Source: Nitrospirota bacterium
GTDB taxonomy: Bacteria; Nitrospirota; Thermodesulfovibrionia; Thermodesulfovibrionales; Dissulfurispiraceae
Reading direction: 5' to 3'
NCBI GenBank assembly: GCA_021847795.1
Contig: JAJZPZ010000001.1
Span: 1 to 54,626, forward strand
Length of the DNA: 54,626 nt
In this document: in pieces, positions 43,026 through 52,416 of the stretch
Layout: each line of letters opens with the position of its first letter
Numbering within the stretch: the first letter of the stretch is position 1
The notes under the pieces: model-generated
What the model was told of the DNA's origin: nothing
Databases searched by the model: none
The model's input: the letters and a program-made list of their open reading frames with translations, nothing else
Made by a program: the position numbers and the translations under genes

Positions 43026-43346
43026 ATGGAAATGCAAGAAGGACAGGTCAAAGGGGAAATCAAGAAAAATATACTGAAATATTGGATAAATTTGGAGCCA
43101 CTCGAAAGGTTCCTCAAGAATGCATACGACATCTTGAATCGCTTGGCTTCAGCTATGGGCAATCGAAGACCGCAGTTTATAATTACAGGCATAATAGAAA
43201 CAATAAATAAAAAGCTTGATACTGCCACAGCTTACAGAGGACACAGAACGAATTATTTCACGGGATCGGGTAAAACCCTCCCCGTGAATTCAAGCGTTAT
43301 GCGCAAAAATAAAGAGTTATCACCTTGCCTTTACCTACGCCATTGA
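43026..43346 (+). CDS. Hypothetical ORF in the AT-rich islet
   Basis: 106-aa ORF with no RBS or family recognised. An antisense ORF of similar quality overlaps it. Confidence 0.25.
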   Translation: MEMQEGQVKGEIKKNILKYWINLEPLERFLKNAYDILNRLASAMGNRRPQFIITGIIETINKKLDTATAYRGHRTNYFTGSGKTLPVNSSVMRKNKELSPCLYLRH

Positions 43347-43359
43347 CGTACAATAAATC

Positions 43360-43677
43360 ATGGTCATTATCGAGACCCCGATATTCACAAAACGAATTCA
43401 GGAGCTAATATCTGCTGAGGGATATCGGCTTTTCCAGGCTCATTTGATCAATAGACCGAATGGAGGGAAAGTAATATCGGGGAGCGGTGGGCTAAGAAAG
43501 CTCCGGTGGTCAGCCGGTGGGCATGGAAAGAGCGGCGGGATTAGGGTTATTTATTATTGGTTCGTATCAAAAGACGTTATTCTTCTCCTGTATGCTTACC
43601 CAAAGAGTGAGCAGGGAGATTTGACGACAGACCAGCTCAGGCAACTGAAGAAGATTATAGAAAAGGAGTATTTATGA
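43360..43677 (+). CDS. higB: Type II toxin, HigB-2 / RelE superfamily
   Basis: ETPIFTKRIQELISAEGYRLFQAHLINRPNGGKVISGSGGLRKLRWSAGGHGKSGGIRVIYYW closely parallels Vibrio HigB-2 (EYRLFQ, GTGGLRK, GKRGG, IYY). The toxin gene comes first, as in hig loci. Confidence 0.85.
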   Translation: MVIIETPIFTKRIQELISAEGYRLFQAHLINRPNGGKVISGSGGLRKLRWSAGGHGKSGGIRVIYYWFVSKDVILLLYAYPKSEQGDLTTDQLRQLKKIIEKEYL

Positions 43678-44030
43678 AAAAAGAACTGTTTGAAGAGTTA
43701 CTTGAAAGCGTTAAACAGGGAGCTGCTATTATGAAAGGCAAAATGAAACCTTCGCGTAGCATAGAGGTTCCTGAATCTGAGGTGAGGAAAATACGTGAAC
43801 AATACGGCTTATCTCAAAATAAATTTGCTGCTCTTATGGGAATAAGTGTTGCTACACTGCGCAATTGGGAGCAGGGACGACGGAAACCTGAGGGGCCATC
43901 ACGTATACTGCTGAAGGTTGCTGCAGAACATCCGGAAGCCATCCTGGATGTAACAAGGCCTCGAAGAATCAAAAAGCCCGGCATAACGAAGCGCCCCACC
44001 GGATCGCGGCTTGCCAGTCGCTCCCGGTGA
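43674..44030 (+). CDS. higA: HigA-2 type antitoxin (XRE-family HTH)
   Basis: ATGA overlap with the toxin stop. IREQYGLSQNKFAALMGISVATLRNWEQGRRKP is the HTH motif. Confidence 0.85.
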   Translation: MKKELFEELLESVKQGAAIMKGKMKPSRSIEVPESEVRKIREQYGLSQNKFAALMGISVATLRNWEQGRRKPEGPSRILLKVAAEHPEAILDVTRPRRIKKPGITKRPTGSRLASRSR

Positions 44031-44107
44031 GCTTTTGCGTTATGCCTCTTGTAAATTAAGAAGGAGCAAGGACTAAAAGACAATCTCTTTAAGAAAAGAG
44101 AAAGCAC

Positions 44108-44308
44108 ATGGATATAGAAGCTCATTTAAAAGAAGCTGTCAACAGAATCATTGAGAACTTCGATCCTGAAAGGATAATCCTTTTCGGCTCGTATACCTAT
44201 GGGCAGCCGACTGGCGATAGCGATATGGATTTGATGGTCATTATGAAGACGGAAGTGAGCCCACATAAAAGGGCAGTACCGCGCAGGAAGGTGCTTAAGG
44301 GGATTTGA
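44108..44308 (+). pseudogene. Truncated minimal nucleotidyltransferase (MNT-type antitoxin fragment), no HEPN partner
   Basis: LFGSYTYGQPTGDSDMDLMVIM is the NTase motif. The ORF stops after 66 aa, where full-length MNTs continue, and the stop overlaps the start of the next gene. Confidence 0.55.
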
Positions 44309-45174
44309 GACCGGCAGATACACTCACAATTTTTTTCAGTTCTTTCCTGTTCATCCTTACGGCTGTCAACTTTACCGTTATTCCCCATGCCGAATATCTT
44401 CTTCTCATCTACGCCTCGCTGATATTCTTCCAGCTTGTGCTTGTTCCGCTCTCCGAGCTCAATCCCTTTCTTGCCCTTACACGTGATATTGTCTTTCCCG
44501 TAATCAGCGTGATAATCATCTTCGACAGTCTCGGACTGGTCGTGCACCGCGTTAATCCCCAGGACATGGATTACCTCCTGATACGACTCGATTACCTGAT
44601 CTTCGGGGGTTATCCGACACTCTTCCTGGAGAGGTTCATCCATCCCCTCCTGACAGACCTCCTGGAACTCGCCTATTCCACCTATTATTTTCTGCCTGTT
44701 GCCCTGGGAATCAACCTGAAGCTCAGGGGCAAAAAGGATGATTTCGAGAAAGCGCTCTTTCTGCTCCTCCTCTGCTTTTATCTTTCCTATATCGTGTATC
44801 TCCTTGTCCCGGCTCTCGGCCCGAGATACGCGATGGCGCACCTCCAGACGAAAGAGCTGGGGGGATTCCTGGTTTCAGGGCCGATACAGGACCTGCTGAA
44901 CCTGCTGGAGGGGGTCAAAAGAGATGCCTTCCCGAGCGGGCATACGGGGATTGCGCTTACCGTGCTCTTTTTGTCGTACCGGTATGCCGGAAAGCTCTTC
45001 CGCTGGATGCTGGTTCCGGTGCTGCTCCTGATCATAGGGACCGTGTACTGCAGGTATCATTACGTCGTTGATGTTATCGGAGGGGTCCTGTTGGCAGTTG
45101 TAACATTGACCTCAGGTGAGGTATATTATAGATTCTGGTTAAGTCGTTGTAATGACAATAAAAGCAGGTCCTGA
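44305..45174 (+). CDS. PAP2-superfamily membrane protein (PAP2_C / sphingolipid-synthase-like)
   Basis: Polytopic. C-terminal catalytic motifs FPSGHTGIALTV and RYHYVVDVIGG. Only a TTG start (44305) is available before the first TM helices. Confidence 0.75.
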   Translation: MRPADTLTIFFSSFLFILTAVNFTVIPHAEYLLLIYASLIFFQLVLVPLSELNPFLALTRDIVFPVISVIIIFDSLGLVVHRVNPQDMDYLLIRLDYLIFGGYPTLFLERFIHPLLTDLLELAYSTYYFLPVALGINLKLRGKKDDFEKALFLLLLCFYLSYIVYLLVPALGPRYAMAHLQTKELGGFLVSGPIQDLLNLLEGVKRDAFPSGHTGIALTVLFLSYRYAGKLFRWMLVPVLLLIIGTVYCRYHYVVDVIGGVLLAVVTLTSGEVYYRFWLSRCNDNKSRS

Positions 45175-45186
45175 CCCGGAGGGAAG

Positions 45187-45498
45187 GTGGACATCCCCTA
45201 CAGCACGGCCAAAGACGGCATCATCATTGAGATCAAAGTCGCCCCCCGGTCTTCAAAAAGGGAGATCATCGGGGTTGTGGGCAACGCCCTCAAGGTCAAG
45301 CTCACGGCGCCTCCTGTTGACGGGGCTGCGAACGAGCAGCTTATAGAGCTTTTATCCGGGGAATTTGGAATAAGGAAGAGCAATATCATCATAATAAAAG
45401 GCGAGACATCGAAACTCAAGACCGTGAAAATCATAAACCCTCCCACGCCGCCCTTTGTTCAAAAGGGGCGCAGGGGGAGGAAAGGAGTAACAACTTGA
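45187..45498 (+). CDS. yggU: YggU/DUF167 family protein
   Basis: IEIKVAPRSSKREIIGVVGNALKVKLTAPPVDGAANEQLIELLS...IIIIKGETSKLKTVKI. GTG start. Confidence 0.85.
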   Translation: MDIPYSTAKDGIIIEIKVAPRSSKREIIGVVGNALKVKLTAPPVDGAANEQLIELLSGEFGIRKSNIIIIKGETSKLKTVKIINPPTPPFVQKGRRGRKGVTT

Positions 45499-46343
45499 TA
45501 CAGAGCATGACAGGATACGGAGTAGCGGAAGCAGAGGGGCTCAAGGTCGAAGTGCGCTCGCTGAACCACAGGTATATTGATGTTTCGGTCAGGATACCTT
45601 CCATGCTTATGGAGCATGAAATACCGGTCAGGAACCTGATCAAGGAGAAATTTGCACGGGGCAAATTCGATGTCGTCATATCCCTTTCGGAAAAGAGGCA
45701 GGTGAAGGTCCGCCTGAACAAGGAACTCGCAAAAGGGATGTACGATTCCCTGCTCGATATGCAGAGAGAGCTGTCCGTGCCCGGGACCCTGGACATCAAT
45801 GTCCTTTCGCGCTACCGGGAACTGCTGCTTTCCGAGGAGTCGGAATTCAGCAAGGACACGCTGTTCAATGCCCTCCGGAGCGCTGCTGCCCGTGTCGAAG
45901 AGATGAGAAATAGCGAGGGGGAGGCCCTTGCAAAGGAGCTGCGGTATCACGCGGAAAAGCTCGAAGGCCTCAGGGGCGAAATCCAGGAGCTTGCAAAGAA
46001 CCTGCCCCAAAGCTACAAAGAAACGCTAACCCGGAGAGTGGCCGAGCTTATCGCGGATGCCTCGCTTGATGAGGCACGGCTCGCCCAGGAGGTTGCGATG
46101 ATCGCCCAGAAAGCCGATATCACCGAAGAACTGGCGCGGCTGGGGAGCCATATCAAGCAGTTTTATTCCTTTCTGGACAAGGGCGGGGCAATCGGAAGGA
46201 AGCTCGATTTCCTGCTGCAGGAGTTCCACCGGGAGGCAAACACCATTACTTCAAAAGTCGATGATGTAAGGATCATCAACCTTGCAATAGAGATGAAGAC
46301 CGTAATTGAAAAGCTCAGGGAGCAGGTACAGAACATCCAGTAG
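45495..46343 (+). CDS. yicC: YicC family stress-induced protein
   Basis: The MIQSMTGYG N-terminus (TTG start) matches the family's MIxSMTG. C-terminal FLLQEFHREANTITSK. Confidence 0.9.
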   Translation: MIQSMTGYGVAEAEGLKVEVRSLNHRYIDVSVRIPSMLMEHEIPVRNLIKEKFARGKFDVVISLSEKRQVKVRLNKELAKGMYDSLLDMQRELSVPGTLDINVLSRYRELLLSEESEFSKDTLFNALRSAAARVEEMRNSEGEALAKELRYHAEKLEGLRGEIQELAKNLPQSYKETLTRRVAELIADASLDEARLAQEVAMIAQKADITEELARLGSHIKQFYSFLDKGGAIGRKLDFLLQEFHREANTITSKVDDVRIINLAIEMKTVIEKLREQVQNIQ

Positions 46344-46354
46344 GCGGGGGAAGA

Positions 46355-46548
46355 TAAACTCTAAGCACTAAATCCGAAATCCTAAACAAGCACAAAATTC
46401 TAATGCTCCTAACACGTTTTGAATTTCGGTCATTCGAATTTAGATATTGTTCAGGATTTAGAGTTTCGAACTTCGGATTTGCCGTTTGCTTGGAATTTGG
46501 GATTTGTTTAGGATTTGGATATTCGGATTTAGGATTTGTTTTAAAATA
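46355..46548. repeat. About 190-nt low-complexity hairpin element built from GGATTT / AAATCC units
   Basis: Six GGATTT units lie at 46454-46537, with AAATCC at 46370-46375 and 46377-46382. 46370-46390 pairs with 46504-46530 (6-nt bulge). aaactctaa (46356-46364) pairs with ttagagttt (46458-46466). Confidence 0.8.
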
Positions 46549-46567
46549 GGAGGCTTGCAGGACAGCA

Positions 46568-46843
46568 ATGAAAGGGTCCCTCATACACATAGGATTCGGC
46601 AATGTTATCTATGCACCGCGGGTTGTCGCTATTGTGAACCCGGGGTCATCTCCCATTAAAAAACTGAAAGATGAGGCAAAGGAACGGGGCAAGCTCGTTG
46701 ACGCTACCGAGGGGAGAAAAACCCGCTCCATCATCATCACCGACAGCGACCATGTCATCCTCTCTGCAATCCAGGTTGAAACCATTGCCCAGAGAGTTTC
46801 GGGACTGAAGGGAAACGGGGACATCACCTATGAGGCAGAGTAA
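46568..46843 (+). CDS. remA: RemA/DUF370 family regulator
   Basis: [29 protein letters not shown]...[28 protein letters not shown]. Confidence 0.9.
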   Translation: MKGSLIHIGFGNVIYAPRVVAIVNPGSSPIKKLKDEAKERGKLVDATEGRKTRSIIITDSDHVILSAIQVETIAQRVSGLKGNGDITYEAE

Positions 46844-47450
46844 GGGCGGCCTGTTCGTGATTTCCGCCCCCTCCGGCGCCGGGAAGACGACCCTCTGCCA
46901 TATGCTTTGCGAAACCTTCCCGAATGTGAGGCACTCTGTTTCGTATACCACGAGGGCGCCGAGGCAGGGAGAGATAAATGATGTCCACTATACCTTCACC
47001 ACGGTTGAGGAATTCCGCGCCATGCGGGACAGGGGCGAATTTCTTGAGTGGGCCGAGGTGCATGGTAATTTTTACGGCACCTCCCGGAAGAGGATCGGGG
47101 AGATGATGGGCGCAGGGCTGGATGTCATCCTGGACATCGATGTCCAGGGCGCGTGCCAGGTAAAGGAAAAGGTGCCTGACAGCACCTTTATTTTCATCCT
47201 GCCCCCGTCCATGGAGGTGTTGAGGGCACGGCTTACGGGCAGGATGAGCGATCCCGCCGAGGTGGTTGAAAAGAGGCTGAGAAACGCTTTAGGCGAAATC
47301 AGGGAGTATAAAAACTATAATTATGTTATAGTAAATGATACCCTTGAAGTTGCCCTTAACGAACTGATATCCATACTTATTGCCGAAAGGGTCAAACTGG
47401 CAAAAGTCGACCATGCGTGGATAGAGAAAAATTTTCTGAAGGAGGAATAA
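46830..47450 (+). CDS. gmk: Guanylate kinase
   Basis: [39 protein letters not shown]. Confidence 0.95.
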   Translation: MRQSKGGLFVISAPSGAGKTTLCHMLCETFPNVRHSVSYTTRAPRQGEINDVHYTFTTVEEFRAMRDRGEFLEWAEVHGNFYGTSRKRIGEMMGAGLDVILDIDVQGACQVKEKVPDSTFIFILPPSMEVLRARLTGRMSDPAEVVEKRLRNALGEIREYKNYNYVIVNDTLEVALNELISILIAERVKLAKVDHAWIEKNFLKEE

Positions 47451-47454
47451 AAAC

Positions 47455-47847
47455 ATGGACATAATATCGCTTCCCATTGAGTATGACAAAAAGAAAATAG
47501 ATAGCAGGTACAGGCTTGTCGTTATTGCTGCACAGAGGGCGAGGGAACTCTCCCTGGGCACCGCCCCGAAGCTCCAGACCAAAGCCAAAAAGGTGACCAC
47601 AACATCCCTTCTTGAGACCATCACCGAGAAGATCGAGTTCCTCACCGGAGCTGATGCCGTGGTTGCAAAGGAAAAATCGGAAAAAATCGACTACAAAAAA
47701 CTGATCGAGGAAAAGAGAAGGCCTATCGAAGACCTCTCTGAACTCGAAAAAGACCTTAAAGTATATCTCCACGAGAAAGGAACTCCTGAGAAGGCTCTGG
47801 AAGAACTGTTCAGCGAGAGCGAGGAGTCCGAAGAAAGCGAAGAGTAA
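47455..47847 (+). CDS. rpoZ: DNA-directed RNA polymerase subunit omega
   Basis: SRYRLVVIAAQRARELS, with an extended acidic C-terminus. Confidence 0.9.
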   Translation: MDIISLPIEYDKKKIDSRYRLVVIAAQRARELSLGTAPKLQTKAKKVTTTSLLETITEKIEFLTGADAVVAKEKSEKIDYKKLIEEKRRPIEDLSELEKDLKVYLHEKGTPEKALEELFSESEESEESEE

Positions 47848-47923
47848 TTCCTATGTCCTCTATTTCCCATAAATGGGGGGCCCCGGGAAATCTGCCTGAG
47901 AAATTTTCCCCGGGAACATAGCG

Positions 47924-49105
47924 GTGCTTAAAGGTAGATCCATACTTTTAGGTATCACCGGAAGTGTAGCTGCATACAAGTCCATTGACCTCATAAAGAG
48001 ATTAAAGCAGGAAGGGGCCTCCGTCAAAGTCATTATGACCGGGGCCTCTCAACGTTTTATCACCCCGCTTTCCATAGAGCTGGCCGCAGGCGACAAGATC
48101 TATACCGATATGTTTGAGGCCCCTCTTTCCCACATAAGCCTTCCCGCAGGCGCCGACCTTTTCATCATTGCGCCTGCAAGCGCTGACATCATCGGCAAAT
48201 ACGCAAACGGCATTGCCGACGACATGCTCAGCACCACACTGCTGGCCTATTCCGGAAAGGTGATTATTGCACCTGCCATGAACTGGAGGATGTATGAAAA
48301 CCCCATATTCCGGAAAAACCTCAACTATCTTGCCTCCCTCGGCATTAAAGCCGTGGGCCCCGACAGGGGAAGCCTTGCCTGCGGCGAAGAAGGAGTGGGC
48401 AGGATGGCGGATATCGAGAAAATCATGGAATCCATCATAACCTCCCTCACCGTGCAGGATCTCGCAGGAGAGCAGGTCCTTGTTACCGCAGGCCCGACAA
48501 GGGAGTATATCGATCCCATCAGGTACATAACCAACAGGTCCTCGGGGAAAATGGGATATGCCCTTGCCGCAATAGCAAAGAGGAGAGGCGCCGAAGTCAC
48601 CCTTATCAGCGGGCCGGTATCAGTCATTCCACCGGACGGGGTTGACGTTGTAACCGTAGGGTCCGCCCGGGAAATGCGCACCGCCGTTATGGAAGCCCTG
48701 CCCATGTCCTCCATTTTCATCATGTCCGCCGCAGTTGCCGACTTCATGCCTGTTGATGTAAGGGACAGCAAGATCGAGAAGAAAGAAAGACTGCAGCTGA
48801 ATCTCGTAAAGACCAGGGACATACTCGAAGAAGTAGGCGCGCTTAAGAGCAAGCCCTTTACCGTGGGGTTTGCAGCGGAAACCGGACACCGGCTCGACAG
48901 GGCAAGAAAAAAGCTTCTCGGCAAGGACATGGATATGATCGTCTTCAATGATGTATCCAGGAAAAACGCCGGCTTTGACGTGGACACCAATGAAGTGGTG
49001 ATTCTCGACAGGGGAGAGGAGAAAAAGCTGCCGCTGATGTCCAAGAAGGATGTTGCCGTGGCTATATTTGACAGGATACTGGAATTAAAAGAGAATAGAT
49101 TATAG
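47924..49105 (+). CDS. coaBC: Bifunctional phosphopantothenoylcysteine decarboxylase / phosphopantothenate-cysteine ligase
   Basis: ILLGITGSVAAYK, PAMNWRMYENP, GPTREYIDPIRYITNRSSGKMG, AAVADF. GTG start. Confidence 0.95.
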   Translation: MLKGRSILLGITGSVAAYKSIDLIKRLKQEGASVKVIMTGASQRFITPLSIELAAGDKIYTDMFEAPLSHISLPAGADLFIIAPASADIIGKYANGIADDMLSTTLLAYSGKVIIAPAMNWRMYENPIFRKNLNYLASLGIKAVGPDRGSLACGEEGVGRMADIEKIMESIITSLTVQDLAGEQVLVTAGPTREYIDPIRYITNRSSGKMGYALAAIAKRRGAEVTLISGPVSVIPPDGVDVVTVGSAREMRTAVMEALPMSSIFIMSAAVADFMPVDVRDSKIEKKERLQLNLVKTRDILEEVGALKSKPFTVGFAAETGHRLDRARKKLLGKDMDMIVFNDVSRKNAGFDVDTNEVVILDRGEEKKLPLMSKKDVAVAIFDRILELKENRL

Positions 49106-49139
49106 GCTGGTACCGGGCTCAGGCCCGGAGGAAAACAAT

Positions 49140-50066
49140 ATGGAAGAAAGCTCCTATATAAAACGGCTCAAAGAAAGAATACGGCAGAAGCCTGCTTCGA
49201 AGTTGTTTCTCTCCCTTGCAGAGGAACTGAAAAAGCGGGACAGGATTGATGACGCCATCAGCATCCTCCTGGACGGGATCAAGAAAAACCCGGAATTTGC
49301 CGAGGCCCGGATCACACTCGGCAGGTGGTATCTTTCCAGCAACATGCCTGTAGAGGCGCAAAAGGAATTTGCGGACGTGCTTGCCGCATCTCCGGATAAT
49401 GTTTTCGCCCGCAAAGGCCTTGCAGAAGCCTATGAAAACCTGGAACTCACCGACAGGGCCGCTGAAGAGTACAGGAAAGTCCTTGAGATCGCTCCCCAAG
49501 ACCGGGACGCCATCTCATATCTTGAATCCAGGGGCTTTGAAACACAGGACGTCGTAACAGACCACATCGATCTCGAGGCTGAGGAGGCATCTCCGGATAC
49601 CTCTGCTCCTGAAATTCTGATGCCGTCCCTGGAAGAAGTGACCGAGGTCGAAGTGCCCGGGGTCGAGATCATCGAGGGAAAGCGCACAGAAGAAGAACAA
49701 AGAGAGGGAAAGGCGCCCCGCGCTGATGACCTTGCCGGACTTCCGGACTTCCGGGCTTCCGGACTGTTGGCTGAAGCAGAGGGGGCCATTGCTGCAGGGA
49801 AGTATGCAAAGGCCCTTGGGATTTACAACAGTTTGCTGGCCTCGGACCGGGAGAACAAAAAGATATTGCAGATGAAAGAGGACCTGGCATCTCTTATGAG
49901 GCTTACGGGCTGGGACAAGGAGCGGATCATCTCCCGCCTGAACAGGTTTTCCGGTCTTCTGCACGATCACTTCAAGGGCCGGCGGGAAAGTGAAAAGAAA
50001 GTTGCCGTAGATCGTCTCACAAAGCTCCTGGAATCGGTAAACATCCGGTTCGCTCAAAAGCAGTAG
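49140..50066 (+). CDS. TPR-repeat protein with acidic linker
   Basis: The N-terminal third shows TPR-like repeats (AISILLDGIKKNPEFAEARITLGRWYL, AQKEFADVLAASPDNVFARKGLAEAY, AAEEYRKVLEIAPQD). Confidence 0.7.
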   Translation: MEESSYIKRLKERIRQKPASKLFLSLAEELKKRDRIDDAISILLDGIKKNPEFAEARITLGRWYLSSNMPVEAQKEFADVLAASPDNVFARKGLAEAYENLELTDRAAEEYRKVLEIAPQDRDAISYLESRGFETQDVVTDHIDLEAEEASPDTSAPEILMPSLEEVTEVEVPGVEIIEGKRTEEEQREGKAPRADDLAGLPDFRASGLLAEAEGAIAAGKYAKALGIYNSLLASDRENKKILQMKEDLASLMRLTGWDKERIISRLNRFSGLLHDHFKGRRESEKKVAVDRLTKLLESVNIRFAQKQ

Positions 50067-50122
50067 GGCTCCTTTCTTAATGGCAAAGGGAGTCCGCGTA
50101 AAATCTTTCTGAGGATATTTCT

Positions 50123-51196
50123 ATGGAAAAATTTGAATTGCGGCTAAAAAATGTTCAGAAAGTACTTGGCAGAAAACACATCGATGCGGTCTATATCAGC
50201 AGCATCAGGAATATCCGCTACCTGACAGGCTTTACCGGGTCTTCCGGCTTTGTCCTGATCACAAAAGACAAAGGGTTGTTCTTCACGGATTTCCGTTACA
50301 AGGAACAGGCGGGAATCGAAGTCCGGGGATATGAAAGGGGCCTGGAGAGCGGCAGGAGAATGCAGGCGCTGCATACCCTGGTAAAGAAGCTTGGGATTAA
50401 AAAGCTCGGCTTTGAGGCATCAGTGGCCTACGAGTTCTTCGAGTTGCTGAAAGGACTGCCGGCAAACCTGGAGCCCCAGGTCAATCTCATTGAAAACCTG
50501 AGAAAAATAAAGGACAAAGAGGAAATCAGCAGCACAAAAGAAGCAGCCCTGCGTGCAGAACAGGCCTTCCTGGACATCAAACCGAAAATACGGGTAGGGG
50601 CGCGGGAAAGAGAGATCGCACTCAGGCTCGAAGAGCAGTTGAAAAAGGGAGGATGCAGAAGCATCCCATTTGATATAATAGTAGCTTCCGGGAAAAACTC
50701 CGCCATGCCCCATGCACAACCAACAGAGCGGAAGATAGAAAAGGGAGATTTTGTTATAATTGACTGGGGCGGAGAGGCGCAGGGATATTTTTCCGACATG
50801 ACAAGGACTCTTCTTATGGCAGGCAACTCCCTTTCTGAGAAGATAACGATCTATAATGTTGTGAACAAGGCCCGGCGGCTGGCTATAGAATCCGTTAAAA
50901 AAGGGGTCAAGACCAGCGGGATCGACGGAGTTGCCAGGGACACGATCACCAGGGCCGGGTACGGAGAGTACTTCGGGCATGGGACAGGGCATGGAGTGGG
51001 ACTCGATGTCCATGAAGCTCCCCGCCTCTCCCGTGTAAAAGGCGAGCCTGTCCGGAGCGGCATGGTTTTTACTGTTGAACCGGGTATTTATGTCCCCGGG
51101 TTGGGCGGGGTACGGATCGAAGACATGGTTGCTGTGCAGGAAGACAGGGTCCTTCTCCTGACAACGCTCAGCAGAGAATTAGAGATAATAAAATAA
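50123..51196 (+). CDS. M24 family Xaa-Pro aminopeptidase
   Basis: Creatinase-like N-domain, then HAQPTERKIEKGDFVIIDWG, GHGTGHGVGLDVHE and VEPGIY. The position upstream of efp is conserved in many bacteria. Confidence 0.9.
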   Translation: MEKFELRLKNVQKVLGRKHIDAVYISSIRNIRYLTGFTGSSGFVLITKDKGLFFTDFRYKEQAGIEVRGYERGLESGRRMQALHTLVKKLGIKKLGFEASVAYEFFELLKGLPANLEPQVNLIENLRKIKDKEEISSTKEAALRAEQAFLDIKPKIRVGAREREIALRLEEQLKKGGCRSIPFDIIVASGKNSAMPHAQPTERKIEKGDFVIIDWGGEAQGYFSDMTRTLLMAGNSLSEKITIYNVVNKARRLAIESVKKGVKTSGIDGVARDTITRAGYGEYFGHGTGHGVGLDVHEAPRLSRVKGEPVRSGMVFTVEPGIYVPGLGGVRIEDMVAVQEDRVLLLTTLSRELEIIK

Positions 51197-51260
51197 ACAA
51201 GTGATGCGTTTGGCGTGTCAGCGCTACAACGCCCGATGCTTAGCGCTATAACGCAAATAG
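51197..51260. repeat. Intergenic block with the CGCTATAACGCA motif upstream of efp
   Basis: gcgctacaacgcc at 51221-51233 and cgctataacgca at 51244-51255, 18 nt before the efp TTG. Confidence 0.7.
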
Positions 51261-51272
51261 AGGAGGTTTTCA

Positions 51273-51833
51273 TTGATAGCAACGAGTGATTTCAGGAAAG
51301 GCGCAAAAATAGAGTACAAGGGAGAGCCCTGTGAGATTGTCGATTTCCAGCATGTCAAGATGGGGCGGGGCGGGGCAGTCATAAGAACCAAGCTCAAGAG
51401 CCTCAAGACCGGCAATGTTCTTGAAGATACCTTCAGGTCAGGGGAAAAGTTCGAATCCCCCCAGCTTGAGGAAAAAGATATGCAGTACCTCTATACCGAG
51501 GGGGATTTCCATTATTTTATGGACACGGAAAATTATGAGCAGATTCCGCTGACAACTGCCCAGCTCGGGGATGCAAAGAAGTTCATTAAAGAAAACATGG
51601 TAGTGAAAATCCTCTATTATAAAGAGGACCCCATAACTGTCGAGCCCCCCATGTTCGTGGAACTCGAGGTGGTCGAGACAGACCCGGCATTCAGGGGCGA
51701 TACGGCATCCGGAAGCACCAAACCCGCAAAGCTCGAAACAGGAGTGACGGTAAAAGTACCTTTTCACATAAGCATCGGCGATAAGCTGAAAATCGATACC
51801 CGGACATTGGAATACATCGAGAAAGTAAAATAG
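51273..51833 (+). CDS. efp: Elongation factor P
   Basis: SDFRKGAKIEYKGEPCEIVDFQHVKMGRGGAVIRTKLKSLKTG. TTG start with GGAGG 6 nt upstream. Confidence 0.95.
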   Translation: MIATSDFRKGAKIEYKGEPCEIVDFQHVKMGRGGAVIRTKLKSLKTGNVLEDTFRSGEKFESPQLEEKDMQYLYTEGDFHYFMDTENYEQIPLTTAQLGDAKKFIKENMVVKILYYKEDPITVEPPMFVELEVVETDPAFRGDTASGSTKPAKLETGVTVKVPFHISIGDKLKIDTRTLEYIEKVK

Positions 51834-51975
51834 TAATAATACAGTAACGAGTAACATTAACAGCAGTGACAGGAACGAGTGACGAGTCTGAAGGACTATT
51901 ATCTTTTAAATTGTTACTTGTTACTGATGACTTGTTACTATCGTTAGAGTTACTCGTAACTTGTTACTGTCTTAA
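51834..51975. repeat. GTAAC-unit long hairpin/repeat element filling the efp-accB spacer
   Basis: acagtaac (51841-51848) pairs with gttactgt (51963-51970), and gagtaac (51849-51855) pairs with gttactc (51949-51955). 51930-51971 is the 41/42 inverted copy of 22897-22938. Confidence 0.85.
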
Positions 51976-51984
51976 CGGGAGGCC

Positions 51985-52416
51985 ATGATGGAATTTGAAG
52001 AATTGAAAGAATTGATGCACCTTTTAAAAGATACGGATATTACCGAAGTGCAGATAGAGAGAGACGGGGTCAAGGTCAAGATCAAACGGGACAAGTTCTT
52101 CGGCCACCTCGAAGTTCAGCCGCATGTCCTCCCTGAAAGAAAAGAAACAAGAAAGGAAGAGGAACCGGAAGGAAGGCTCCTGACCGTCACGTCCCCTATT
52201 GTCGGGACGTTCTACAGGTCGCCCTCACCGGATGCAGCCTCCTTTGTCGAGGTCGGCACGAGGGTAAAGAAGGGGCAGGTCCTCTGCATTATAGAGGCAA
52301 TGAAGCTGATGAATGAGATAGAGAGCGAGGTCGACGGAGTGGTTGTAAGGATACTTGTGGAAAACGGGCACCCTGTTGAATACGGAGAGCCGCTCTTTAT
52401 GATAGACCCGGTGTAA
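51985..52416 (+). CDS. accB: Acetyl-CoA carboxylase biotin carboxyl carrier protein
   Basis: [15 protein letters not shown] biotinylation motif. [15 protein letters not shown]. Confidence 0.95.
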   Translation: MMEFEELKELMHLLKDTDITEVQIERDGVKVKIKRDKFFGHLEVQPHVLPERKETRKEEEPEGRLLTVTSPIVGTFYRSPSPDAASFVEVGTRVKKGQVLCIIEAMKLMNEIESEVDGVVVRILVENGHPVEYGEPLFMIDPV

